From NCBI RefSeq assembly GCF_964204645.1, contig NC_134031.1, positions 20,033,910 through 20,097,909 on the forward strand: 64,000 nt of DNA, in the 5' to 3' direction. Each line of letters starts with the position of its first letter. The stretch's first letter is position 1. This DNA is from Tubulanus polymorphus (lineage: Eukaryota > Animalia > Nemertea). The notes beneath the pieces were generated by a model that did no database searches, had not been told where the DNA came from, and was given only the letters and a program-made list of their open reading frames with translations. Positions 47,893 through 61,300 of this stretch are shown here, in pieces. Position numbers and translations under genes: made by a program.

Positions 47893-50800
47893 ATGGCTAG
47901 TTGTACTCCTGGAAATGAGGAGTTACCAGCATCATCAACAGAACAAGATGATGAATTGACTGCAACTGGATCTACTACTGCTGTACCAGAATGTTCTGTC
48001 ACAGGTTGCACTCTTGAAGAACCAGCAGACCCAGAGTATACCGAAAAATTGATGACTATTGTCCCAAATACTCTACCAGAATCTACTTTACCAGGTTGCT
48101 CTGAACTGAAAGAAGAATTTGTTGAGGTTACAGCCGATAAAGTAAAACCCAAGAAACAGAATCGCAGAACTAGAAATAGAAGATCTAAAACTGAGCAACT
48201 AGCAGTGGTAAGTGAGTGATAGGGCCTACCTATTCAAAGGTTTAAATTCCTGTGTGCTACTAAGAGTAATCTTATTATTTGAGCATTGAGAATGAATAAG
48301 ACTTTGTTCACATTGCCAGGCAGGAAAGTGAGTCATTCCAGTGACAAGTGTGAATATCCGGGCTCGGAAGCAATTTTTGAATGCCAATTGCTGATTTTTG
48401 ACAGGTTCTAACATGTTGCCACGAATTTACTTCAATTTCCTCAAAAATATGGTATTCATTCAAAGAAAAAACGGCATTCGGTAAATTATTGGCATGGTTT
48501 TTTGCGGTTAAATGATGTATGTGTCCCCTATGGAACAGCGTCTAGATACTAGACAAGCAGTGAACATGTTAATTCACTGCTTTTGGTGAATTTCTGAATA
48601 ATCCTTTTCAGGTTGTGGATGGAGATGTTGAAGATGATGGCTCCGCTGCTGCTGCTGCTGCTAAACGCGTCGAAAAACCAGCTTTAGATAATATTGTCGT
48701 GACCGTATTTAACAAGAAAGTGAAGGGCGGTGAAACGTGTCCGAAAGTGGAACGCATAATTCAGAACCTTTCTCCGGAGAAATCGAAAGGGGACCTCGAA
48801 AAAACCTCGAACTACTGCGGCGATCGACCGGCCAATATTGCTTCTCCGAGTTCTGTTGACGTGCGAAAAATTCATCAAAAAAAAGAAAAAAGTAAAAGCA
48901 CTACGAGTTTCGAAATGTCGACAGCCGGTAAGCAGACATACGGTGATCAAATATCGGTCAGTAAAGATGATTTGGATGATAAGTCGGATAAGAAGACAAG
49001 ACGTGGTAATCGAGGTGGTAAGAAGGCTAAAGACGGCAAGAGGGATGAAAGCTGGTCGAAAGACGCCAATCAACCGGGGTTTTCATTATTTCCACTGAAA
49101 GGTGCGAGATCAGCGAAAGAACAGCAGTCGCCTGGTGGGAACGTTGGGTGTTACACGGCGCTAGTGATGAAAAACCAGCGAGCTCAACGCTTCGATCAAC
49201 CGTCATGTAGTAAAGATAAATATCGCACAAGGTAGATGTCAATTTTTCCCATTTCGAATTTAGGGTTCTTTCTGATAAGGAAAAGTCAGGGTATTGGGAC
49301 TCTTCTTGAAAATCAGATGAAAGTCAGGGAATCTATTGTTGGTTTCTTGTTGTTGGTGATGATGAGTGACGCAATGAACCTCTTGATAAGAAACAGCTCC
49401 CACTGAGGATATCTTATGATTTAATCAGGAAATGGCCAGGGAAATGTCAGAGAATGTTGAATACCCTAACCGTAAGAACATTGCAGTGAAATTGTTACTA
49501 AAATGGTTGCAATTTCATTGTTCCTTATGTAGATCTTTCATTCGTAAAACAAGATGTATTTCGTTTTTTTATAGGAATGAGTCTTCCTCCAGTGATTCTA
49601 CGGTTAAAGGCAATAACGCACCATCTCCACGATCTAAACAACAAAATCCAAATCCGGTATCACAATCTCCAAGAGCTACTGGTAAACAGAAAACTGCAAA
49701 TTCTCATCCACAATCTCCTAAAGTTGTTGTACCTACGATGGTTTATGAGAAAGACAAAGGATTTACTTACTACGAAAATGCATTCATACATAGAGACACA
49801 GGCTCTGTTACAATGAACTCTGAATCACCTGCACCTAATCCACCTAAAGGTTGGTATAGATTACCCGATTCTGAATGTTCATCAGCCACTCAAAATGTGC
49901 AGAAGCCAAAATCATCGTCAAAATCAAATAAACGAAAGTCAAAACAGCAAAAGTCATCCACAAGTTCACAAGGAGGAGAGACTCCTACATCAGGCGGCAG
50001 TTCACAAGGAGGAGAGACTCCTACATCAGGCGGCAGTTCACAAGGAGGACAGACTCCTAAATCTGGCGGCAGTTCACAAGGAGGACAGGCTCCTAAATCT
50101 AGGGGTAATTCACAAGGAGGAAAGACTCCTAAATCTGGCGGCAGTTCACAAGGAGGACAGACTCCTCAATCTAGGGGTAATTCACAAGGAGGAAAGACTC
50201 CTCAACCTGGTGGTAGTAATCAGAGAAAGTCAACAGCAGAGTCTAAAAATGTGATGCCATCTCCTCAAACACCTCGGAGTGATATCGATAATGGACCTGG
50301 TAAATCTAGTGGAAAGCGTAAAAACAATAGGTCTAAACAAAACAAAAGCAGCAAGGTACGTATTAAAATTCCTGTCCAAATCACTGAACACTGCATAGAA
50401 AATACATGGTCATCTATTAATGTTTTAGTCGTATGAGGCTCATTTGCCGGTTGAGATTGTATCTGAAGGGTTGAAAAGAGGCACTATCGTAAAAGGCACA
50501 ATTCGAATTAACCCGAAAAACTACGAGGACGCCTATATTCCACATCCGGTAGGTTATAAAACTAAAGCCTAACTCGGATCGTACTAAGGTCGGTGATTCG
50601 GTCCTAAGAACACTCATGTCACATCGCGAGGTCGAGTTGCCAATTCAGCCGAGAGTTGAATCTTATGCGAACTGAGTCTTGGCTTTAGATCAGTGATTCG
50701 TGATGGTTTGAATGAAAACAATTAATACGATCTTCATTTTATAGGACGGTAAATCAGATATCTACATCCGTGGTACGCGTGACAGGAACCGATCACTAGA

Positions 50801-53800
50801 GGGCGATGTTGTAGCCGTTTTACTGAATCCTAGATACGAGTGGAAGGTTAGTATTTTACAATTTTCCGTCCTGGTAAGGTGGGTTTTCTGTTCTCATAAT
50901 TTACTTGCGTTTATCGTGCCAGGTTTTGATGGATGATCTCATCAACTTCGAAGAGAAAGAAACTGTTGTTGAGGATATCGAACAAAAAGAAGATGATGTC
51001 GTCGTCGAAGCAGATGAAATCATAGTCGAAATGGCAACAGATGACGGCGTCACCGAGGCCGATCCCCTCGGTGACGTGACGCGATCGTTGAAAGCCTTAG
51101 AAATTCATCCGACACAGCCACTGGGAAGTGAGCCTAAACCGGTGCAGAACGGCGAAGGAGATTCGGTGAAATTAGTTACCGATGAATCAAATAAAATTGA
51201 TGAATCTCCGATGAAAAAAACTCCTCGCAAAAATCGTGATTCGCGATTCTCGTACACTCCGCTGAAACATCTGAAATCGGCGAGTCCAGTCGTTCAGAAA
51301 TTATTCGCAGATCAGACAAAATCGGATAAATATCTACAAAGAACTGGAAAGGTTTGTGCAAATTTTTCTCTTCTATCAGGGTTCGTAGCGAGTCTGACTA
51401 AATTTCAATAAAGTGCTTTTGAAAAATTTAGGATGGACCCTGATTAGTGCTAACTTCGATCCCAAAAGTGCTGAAAAATACATACTTTATGGACTCGCTG
51501 TGATCATAATAAAATTCATCGGACAATTTTATCGCAGTCTATTAGGTCTTTCGCTTTACTGCTTGATCAAAATTTAAACTGGCGATTTCTTTCAGAATAA
51601 GTTTTAAATTTTGATTGCAAATGCATTTTCTTATTTCATCACTTAATCGTTGATTGAGAAAAATACCGGAAACAATGTCATTTGATTCAAGACAAAGTGC
51701 TGACTTAAGACTTCCACAGTCCGACTCCTACATTAATGACTGTTATAATGTTCTGCTGCGTTTCTCGTAGGTTGTTTACATACTTGAGAAAGTTCATTCT
51801 CGTGCGACGTCCGGATACCTGAAACTGATGGCCGATAAAAACAAATCAGTCGCGTTGTTTTCACCGATAGATTATCGAATGCCTCGTATGAAGATTCCTA
51901 TGTCTCAGTGTCCTGAAGGTATGATTTCTGTTTCGAACCCTCCTTGGTGCAAGGTTCTTAATGATCACGAAAAATCAGGGAATTCCTAAATTCATTTTTC
52001 CGTGCAGAGAAAAAAGTCATAGAATTTGACTTTTTGTTGTCTTGTTGTTCGATTTCTAGTGACGAGTGGCACAAGGAACCTCTTGATAAGAAACAGCCCC
52101 CACTGATGATATCTTATAATCTGATCAGGAAATATTTGGTCAATGGTCAGGGAAATGTCAGGGAATTTTTAATTATTCGCTTATCTGAAGGAACCCTGCC
52201 AGTTGTCATTGAAGTATTTTTTCTATGGATCACTGGCAGATTTTAGCTACAGTAGACTCTGCCTTCTTGAGTATGGGTTAACTCCGTAAACTACTAAAGC
52301 CAGTGAATTTTACTAATTAAAAATCATTTGGAAAACCTTCTATTCCCTTGTAATGCTATTGAAACTGATTGTTCTGAACTTCTTGAACTTAGTAGAACAT
52401 GTTTTTTCCAATATGTTTTAGGGTTTGCTGAGCGACCTGACGATTTCGCTAATACTTTATTTATTGCTCGCGTCTTGAACTGGGAAGAAAACACGAATTT
52501 TGCTAACGGGTAAAAACAGTAATGCCGACTAAATCTATCCACTAGAAATTCTGTAAAATTGTTGTTGATTTAATGAAATTCTTCTCTTCTTAGGCAATTG
52601 ATGAAAAGTTTGGGTCAGGCTGGAGAAATTGAACCGGAAACTGAAGCTATTCTCATGTCTTACGACGTCGATTTTTCTGAATTCTCCGACGAGGTGAGAT
52701 TTGCTCTATTGAACTCAATAGAGAAATTATCAAAATCAATGGAAATATTCTTTGTAACGCCACGTTTTTCATTGGTTCCAACCGTGGCATTATAAAAGGA
52801 CTTTTACTGACAGCTATTCTGTAATGACGTTATCTCTTCAGGCAACGGACTGTCTACCGAAAAACCTACCGTGGAAAATACCCAACAACGAGTTCGAATC
52901 GCGCAAAGATCTACGGAAAAACTGTGTATTCACGATTGATCCTGCAACTGCTCGCGATCTCGACGATGCTTTATCATGTGAATGTGTTAGTGATGGTACG
53001 TTCACTGTTGTTTATTTGGACAGGGGGCGCTGCTTACCTGGAAATCAGGGAAAAGTCCGGATTATTTTGTAAAAAAAAAGGATTGTTATTGTTTATAAAC
53101 AGGTGTTTATGAAATCGGAGTTCACATAGCAGACGTCAGTTTCTTCGTGAATGAATTGACTGAACTCGATCGCGTCGCTAGTAACCGAGCAACAAGTGTT
53201 TATCTAATTCAAAAGGTCAGTGTCATCACACATCGTGAATATGTAATCCTGTATTTTGCACACTGGACTAATATCGAAATTTTTCATCGCATTGATTTTG
53301 AAAGAATGTGAAAATTCGGTAAAATCATTAAAAATGTTTGAAAAATTCGAGAAAATCAATGACAGGAAAAACAGTAAAAATTTCACTTTCAAATTTGAAT
53401 AAGGATTTTAATTGTTGTAGGTTATACCTATGTTGCCGCGGTTACTGTGTGAGCAATTGTGCAGTTTAAATCCGGATGAAGATCGTCTGACATTTTCGGT
53501 CATCTGGAAAATGACCGATGAAGGAGAGGTCAGTACTAGAAAAAATCAATTTGAATTCATTGAGTGTTTCATCAATGATTATGATTCTAATATTATTGAT
53601 TACAGATATTGGATGAATGGTTTGGAAGATCTGTAATTCGTTCTTGTGTCAAACTCAGCTATGACCACGCTCAGGTAGGACAGGAAGGAACTATTAACCA
53701 GTGTACATGTAACATGTGATTAGTCTCGACTGGGCAACTGACCTTCATGTCCCTCGCAGAAATATGGATTTCGAATTGGATTTAGTGAACTTTGAAGTCA

Positions 53801-56614
53801 CTTTTTCAGAACCCGAAACCTGTGCATACTTTCAGGGATTCTTGGAATACCCTGATAAGGTTTGGTCGACCGAGGAACTTCCCCCCATATCCGATGGTTT
53901 CAGCATTGATGACATAAAATCACGAGTCCTTATTTTTGATCGGGTAAGTATTACTGTCTACTACTGAAATATGATATGATAATAATGATAATATTTGTTT
54001 TCATCTTTTATGAATTTTACAAATTTGTTATTTTCATTATTGATTTTGCAAAGGAATTAAATTGATGGGACACAGTACATGTGCATAATCTGGAGAGTGC
54101 AACGGAATACTTAAATCAAATCAGTAATGATAATGAAAAATGATAATATGAATAATGAATTACAGCCAACCCCCGATATACTGCCTTCCTATTTACCCCC
54201 ACCCCCGCTTACAGCCAGGTTTGCTTAATGAACATCTCTAACACAAATACATAGTAAAACACCCAGATGTACCACCATACTCCCTATATCGTTCTGCACA
54301 CATGTGGGCGGTATATCGGGGGTTGACTGTATAATTAAAATAATGATAAGAATAAGTTGATAAAGGTTGATGATCTTCAAATTTCGGTAAACTTTAACGT
54401 TCATTCATCGTTAGATCGCAAAGAATTTACGAAAGCAAAGATTTGACAACGGTGCTCTACGTATGGATCAAGTGAAACTTCAGTTTAATTTAGATCGTGA
54501 GTCGGGTCTTCCAAACGGTTACTTCGTCTATCAACAAAAAGATTCAAACAGGTATTTACAGTAAACCTCGCATAACTGGAACTGATAATATAATGTGAGG
54601 TGAAGTGAAATCCGAGTGATGGTTTGGAGAGATAAGATAGAAAATTAGAAAATAATTCCATGCAGTAGGTCTAGTGTGACAGGGTTCCGTGCCATGGCCG
54701 AGTCAAGCTATGCTATCAGGTTAAATTCCCTGCCTTGTTACAGGCGAGGATACCCTGCATCTTGAAAAAATTGTTCGACCGTTCTGATATTTTCTAACTA
54801 AGATAATGAATGTCCATCTTTGGTATTGTATTGTAGATTGATAGAAGAGTTTATGTTATTGGCGAATATGGCCGTCGCGCACAAAATACATGACTGTTTC
54901 CCCGAATTAGCATTTCTTCGTCGACATCCGGAACCACAGGAAAAACTTTTAACTGATCTCGTACGTTTCATCTACAAATGTAGTAATTAGGATCGATTCT
55001 ATATTTTCTAGTATCCTAAGAACTGTTCTGATTATTTATAGGCTGAGCAATGTGCGAAGTATGGTTTTATGTTAGACGGTAGCAGCGCCGGTGCTTTACA
55101 GAGGAGTTTATACTCGTATGATAACGACGATGAGGATTCGAAAGCCAAAATGCAAATTCTCAGCGTTATGTGTTCAAAACCGATGCAGGTAAAATTTTGT
55201 CATCATCGCATGAAATATTATTGACAGGGTCCCTACAACTCCTTGATTCTTTAAAACTTCAATATGGAAAACGCTTTTAAAGCTGCTTGAAACTCCTTTT
55301 ATTTGAACGAATGCCTTTAACTGTTTCAATTTTCAAACCACCAAATTATTGGTTTACAAAGATAAATAGTATGGATTGAGGAGGAGTCTACAGTAATTGG
55401 GATATGAAACGGATGCAGTTACACCATCAAAATTTTTAATTTCTCCTTTAAAATTCCTTGAAAATGCCTTATATCCAGGAATGTGGATTGATCGGCAGAG
55501 ACCATGATTGATATTTCATCCGCAGTTTGTGGCAAGTGCAGGCTACTACATGTAGATTATATGTTAGTTAACAATTTCATGAAGCTAATGTTACGATTAT
55601 CGATGTAATTTGTATTTTGTAGTTAGCGAAGTATTTCAGTAGTGGATGCGTCGACGACGAGGCCAAGTTTCGCCATTACGCGTTAAACGTTCCGTTATAT
55701 ACGCACTTTACATCTCCGATCAGACGTTACGCCGATATCATCGTCCATAGACAACTCGCCGCTGCTATCGGTATTTACATTGTTCCCATTATTATTTTAC
55801 ATTAATTTAATTACAGCAATTGACAAATTTACATATTTTGTAGGGTTAGTCGACGATCCGGTCGCCACCAAAGAAGAACTTCAAAAACGCGCCGATAATT
55901 GTAACATCAAGAAAAATAATTCGAAACGCGTTCAGGAGCTCAGTTCCGATTTATTCTTCGCCGTTTTTGTCAAAGCAAGTTTTCTTCGATCGTAGTTGAA
56001 CTAATGGTTTGTAATTAAACTACGAATTGACGATATTTATCTCTTGTTAAAACAGGAATGCGGTCCGTTAGAAGAAACCGGTATGGTAATGCAGGTTTTA
56101 GACAAGGCGTTTGATGTGCTCGCGTTGAAGTTAGGAGTTGTAAAACGAGTTTACTGTGATGTAAGTTGACTGTATAATGTACCTGTATTTCTAGAAGGTG
56201 TTTTACGCAATATTCCAAACAATGATAATTTCATTTATACGTTCATCAAAACTGGCAATATTATTGAAAACACGTGTTGCATTGGAGCCAACCTCTTCAG
56301 AGGGATTATTTCAAATGATCGGTTTATCTATTGTTTTTGTAGCAATTGCAACTGAAAGAATTCAGTTTCGCTAAGAAATTAAAACAACCAACGTTAACCC
56401 TTACATGGCCAAACGGACAAATACAGACTGTGACGCTGTTCGATAAAGTGGAATGTATTCTGCAGTCGGCTAAGGAGCCGCTGAGATGGAATGTATGTAT
56501 TCTTCTATTATTAATCAAATTGTGTCTCTAGTTCTCGCATTCGGTGCAAGATGTACTTTCTCATTTCAGGCTACAATTAAACCACCACCGAATATGAATT
56601 CCAGCATTAGTTGA
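47893..56614 (+). CDS. DIS3L2: DIS3-like exonuclease 2 (RNase II/RNB family), ~1413 aa with a long N-terminal extension
   Basis: The 22 exons are 47893-48207, 48612-49231, 49575-50355, 50429-50548, 50745-50846, 50923-51351, 51771-51918, 52422-52509, 52594-52693, 52842-52995, 53103-53215, 53421-53528, 53606-53674, 53836-53943, 54415-54551, 54837-54960, 55042-55188, 55623-55770, 55844-55974, 56056-56160, 56343-56492 and 56570-56614. Motifs: [23 protein letters not shown], catalytic [26 protein letters not shown] and [26 protein letters not shown]. No PIN domain was seen. Confidence 0.95.
49261..49483 (+). mobile_element. Intronic CAGGGTTC/GAACCCTG-type non-autonomous element
   Basis: It shares AACCTCTTGATAAGAAACAGC(T/C)CCCACTGA..GATATCTTAT and GTCAGGGAA motifs with the copy at 51950-52198. 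Confidence 0.65.
49963..50214 (+). repeat. Coding 36 bp (12 aa) tandem repeat in DIS3L2 exon 3, 7 copies
   Basis: (S/N)SQGG(E/Q/K)(T/A)P(T/K/Q)(S/P)(G/R)G is repeated seven times. Confidence 0.93.
51950..52198 (+). mobile_element. Intronic CAGGGTTC/GAACCCTG-type non-autonomous element
   Basis: The ends are CAAGGTTC...GAACCCTG, with internal homology to 49261-49483. Related copies lie at ~54680-54757 and ~55225-55507. Confidence 0.65.
54163..54329. mobile_element. Tc1/mariner-pogo (Tigger-like) MITE with TA target-site duplication
   Basis: TA|CAGCCAACCCCCGATATACTGCC ... GGCGGTATATCGGGGGTTGACTG|TA. Confidence 0.8.
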
Positions 56615-57189
56615 AGTTGGATTGCGTAATTCACAGAGATTTATGTCAAGAGTACTCCTCCCTTATTGATTTATGTGATATCATTTTTAAAATCATTCAT
56701 TTATCCATGCAGGTATCAACCACCCCTTCTAGCCATTAGCATTTTTAGTCCGAATGTGGACGAATACTTTTTAAAAGTGTGCCGATAAAATGTTTAATTT
56801 CTTGTGTCTCAGGTTAAATACTGAACACATGTGAAGTGTGATGACCAGTTTTGAAAGTCAGCTGATACAAGTTTAATGTCTGATTTTTGTAGTTCATCTA
56901 TCATTTAAAATGAGTTTAAATCCTGAACACATGTGAAGTGTGGGATCTTACATTGTTAGAGTGGTGATAATGTAGTGGGTGTTTGGCTCCAGGAAGCCTG
57001 AATTATTGATTAATTTGTTTCTGGTGATATTATTCTAGTTAAACGATGAAAGCTTTCTGCATTTTAATCGGTTTTATTTTAGGGGTATGTCATACGATTT
57101 CGGCGTCAGTTCAGATATGTAGTTGTTTGTTGACATATCTTTTGGAATTATTTATTCAATCAATGTCAAAAATGGTTTAAAAATTGAGA

Positions 57190-57195
57190 AATAAA
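57190..57195 (+). terminator. Putative poly(A) signal of DIS3L2
   Basis: AATAAA ~575 bp after the stop codon, followed by a T/GT-rich tract (TTTATTTTTGTTGTTGTGG). Confidence 0.5.
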
Positions 57196-58306
57196 AAGAA
57201 ATCGAAATTTGTAAACTAGTTAGTGAAGTCCTTTATTTTTGTTGTTGTGGATTTGAATATTGTAAAGGCTCCGAATGGGAGAAATCGATCGTCGTCATCG
57301 CAGTGTTTTGCGTTCGATTATTATTGACAGATCTTGATTGTCAGGTGCTTCTGCTAAATATATCATTAGCTGTGATCGAGTGGACTAACTGGACAGTGTA
57401 ATATGCATACTGTGGCATGCGAGTAATAAATTAGTTCACGTATTCACCGTCAACGATATGTATAGAGGCAGCACTTGTCGGTTGAGCTGCAGTTGGTTCT
57501 GTCGGATGTGATCTACTCTTTGCCTAGTGGTTTCACTTCCGGGTCAAGAATGTCAAGTTTATTATGACGAAAATCTCATAAAGATTAGCTAAGCTAGATA
57601 TGCATAGAATTAATAACGAGTTGATTGAAAATGGATCGACGTTGAGCTGAATCACGACTCGATAACACTCAGGGATTGTAAGTGATCACGTCTCTTCCAT
57701 TTTTCCGTCATTTCGTTAAAAAAATAGTTCTTCGACTTCACTTCTTCATTTCCACTGCACACAACCAACCAATGATTCAATGAACTGAACAAGTCGAAAA
57801 AGATAACTAACCCAGTTAATAATAAGATCAAATTTATGTCCTACTCATTGCTCATTAGTAAGAAATTCAAACCGATTCATTATAAATAAACCACTCTTTT
57901 CGTTTCTCATGTGATAAATCAATGGCTGACAATAACAGTTCATGATTCATCATATTCATACCCACCCTACATAGTCATAGGGTTGGTTGGGCCTATTTTT
58001 CTTCCGGTTTCAGATTAAGATATTAGTTGAAAATAGCCCATTATCACAAGGGCTTGTCACGCTGACAGTATCCCAGAGGTACCACCTATATAAAAGATGC
58101 TGGTTCTTAGGATACTGTAGTGAACGTTTGATTTAACGTGGAGAGCCACCTGTGCTGATTGTTACATTTAATTCTTCATGCTTCTAATTTTGTCTTTAAC
58201 TGTTTTGTTTTAGGTTGAAGAAATGCTCGTCGTTTCTTCTTGACAAAAAGAACAGAGTTTATTTATTGGCTATAACGACGCAAGGGTCTCTGGTCAGAAC
58301 GACACG

Positions 58307-61300
58307 ATGTTGTATGTATTTCACATGAACACCGGAACAATGCTGAAGTTTGATATCGGTTTAGCGATGGAAACCGTCGCCAACCTGAAAAAGGTGATCG
58401 CGCATCGGCAGCACGTTCCAGAAGAGCGTCAAGTTCTATTAATCAGCGGAGGGGATAATCTCGAGCCGACTCAGAGAGTTTGTAGCTACAGCGCCGGAAC
58501 CGACACCAACCCGATATTCCTGTTCTGTCAGAATACGATCGAAGACGGAGCGCCACCTATCTCGACGTCGGGCGGCGAAACGTCGCGTTCGGAAATTCAC
58601 GACAAAGTCGAAGCGACGATGAACATGTCGGCGTCGTACGAGACGGTCGTGACACGCGCGCAGATGGCGCTGGCGCTTCACGACGCCGCCGTCAATGAGT
58701 TGAAACTGTGCGAGCAGGTCGTACACGATCAACACCTACAGCACCAGGGCTGGGCAGCGGCCGTCGCTAATCTCGACGATATGATCGCTTATTTCACGCG
58801 TTGGGTGGAACGATATAAAAAATGCTTCGAAGATTACCTCGAAAATAAAGACTCGTTCGTCGATATCGTCGATCGGTTCGATTCGGTGACCGAGCTACTA
58901 GCGAGGATTCCGTTCCTCGACAAGTTCGCGTTCGCGTGCAACGCGACCCAGTTAGAGGACGACGGTCGTCCGAAGTGTAAAACGCTGCTCGACTGGATCG
59001 AAACGCAGGATAGTCGCAATCTGCAGGATACGTTGAGTATATGCTCGCGAGGTTTACACCAGTTCGACGACAAACTGCTGGAAACGATGAATCAGGATAT
59101 CGCGGCTGCTTTAGATAACGCGTCGGCGCCCGGGATGAAAGAGGTGAAAGGACTCGAGGATCGTTTATTCAAACTCGAACAGTTTATGCACACGTCGAAG
59201 AAACTCGTACACGAACAAGGCGAATTAGCTCAGGGATTTTTACAAAACCAAACTCGCGCCAGTAACATGCGCGATAATTCGATATTTCCCGATTTGTGCG
59301 ACAGTCATAAACAGCAGCTGCAGGTGATGCTGAAGAACCACGTGCGTCTGCAGGACTGTCGCGACAAGTGCTCCAAGGCGAAGAGCGAACTGTGTTTGAA
59401 TTTACACACGCGACTGCGCTGGTTGTTGTACGTCGAACGCTCCGTGTCGGAATTGCTCAGTCGATTGTCGCTCGATTATAAAGAACTGGAACGGATTAAA
59501 CAGACGTGTTTGATATTGGAACACCTGCAGAGATCTCCGCGTATCTACGCCGCGATTATCACCGAAATATACCGACGTCGACATTTCAAAAAACAATATT
59601 CCGACTGGGCTCGGCGCTTGTCTCACGATAGTCAACATTTATACTCGGAAGAGTTAACGCGTCGTAGTCAAATCGTCCAACTCGTCGGATCTCATTTCTT
59701 CGGTCATTTGTTTCCGGGACTATCGGAGAAACCTCCGCCGTTCGCGACGGACGCTCTACGCGAGTTCGACGCCGCTCTGCCCGATATAACTGCTGAGGAT
59801 ATCACGACGTTACGCGATGCGGTCCCCGAATTACACGACCAGTTGAAAGTACCCGAGTTGGGCATCGCGCAGTTTTTATCGCCGGCTCGGAAGAGGGACG
59901 CTGTCGCGGCGGAGGTAGCGGTTCCCGACGAAACGGAAGACGTGTTCGGTTCGATCGAGATTCTTTCTCCGATGGGCGAAGAGCATAAAGATTGTTCGTA
60001 CGTACGATTCAGCGATAAACCGGAACCGACGGAAACCGACAACGAAAACATCGTCATCGTCGAAACGGAAGACGACGACGCGATGTTTCGAAGCGGCGAA
60101 AGTAACGTTCGTTCGGTGATTAAACGCGACGATAAACCGACGACTTCTAGTCATATTAATAACAACACGACGGCAGCGAGCGCAGACGATCGCGCTCTCG
60201 GAACTCGCGCTCAGTTATCGGTCGGCGAAGTTCTACCGAAATCACGATCGGACAGCGACGTCGTCGGAGACACGGCGGCCGTTTCTCCGGATACCGAGGA
60301 AATGTCGTTGGAGTTCGCGACCGCCGTTTTTTACATCGATGAATCGATGCCGTCATCGATGGCCGATTCGCCGCCGATGCGCACGCGAATCAACGAACTG
60401 CAAGCGATCGTTAACGAGAAGACGTCGTTAATCGAGCAACAATTGAATCAGTTGCAAACGAAAGACGAAGTCGTCGCGGAAACCGAGCGACGATTTCGAT
60501 CGTTACGCGATCTCGCCGATTCGAAAATCGGGGATTTAAAAGACGATCTTTCGTCGACGAAAGAAATGGTCGAAAACGAAAAGGCGGAATTTAGCGAATT
60601 CGTCGGCGTCGTCGATAAGACAATCATCGAAATGATCGGTCAATTCGATTGTCGTAAAAACGTTCAGAATCAGCGGCTTATCGACGAGGTCAAATTGGAA
60701 TACGCGGAGAAAATATCCGGTCTCGAGAAGGAATTGGTCGAAAAATCGGAATTGTTCGAAAAGGCTGAAAAACAACTCAAAACTTTACGCGAAAAGTTGA
60801 CGTCATCCGAGACGCAGTTGAAAGTGAGTACGGAGGAGCACGAGAGGAATATTCTCGATTTACGAGCGGCGCACGAGGAATCGAATCAGAAGGTTATCAA
60901 GGAGTTGACGTTGGAACACGAAGTAGACATCGAAAAACTGCAGTCGGATTTCGCGAAAGAGCTGCAATCGGCGAATGACGAAATCGATGCCGTGAAAAAT
61001 GAATTGCTAGAAAAACAACGCGAGAAAGAACGCGCGGAGAACGAACTGGAAAATCTGAGTAGAACCCTGAGGGAAACATTCGAATCGGAGAAAGAATCGT
61101 TAGTGCAAGTGATGCACGAAGAGTTCAAACTGGAGAAAGAATGCGCGGTTAGTTTAGCCGTTTCAAATTTGGAGAAGAAACACAAAGAAAAACTGAATAG
61201 TCTCCGAGACGACCATAAATCGGCTCTCGACGAGGCGCGGGCTGAAGTGACCGATGAAGTTACACGGCAGGTGAAAGAAGACAAGGAACGAGAAATCGAG

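Noticed and set aside
56265-56305. Second hammerhead candidate (CTGAAGA...GCAACACGTGT, minus strand)
   Set aside because: The GAAA core is mutated and stem I cannot pair.
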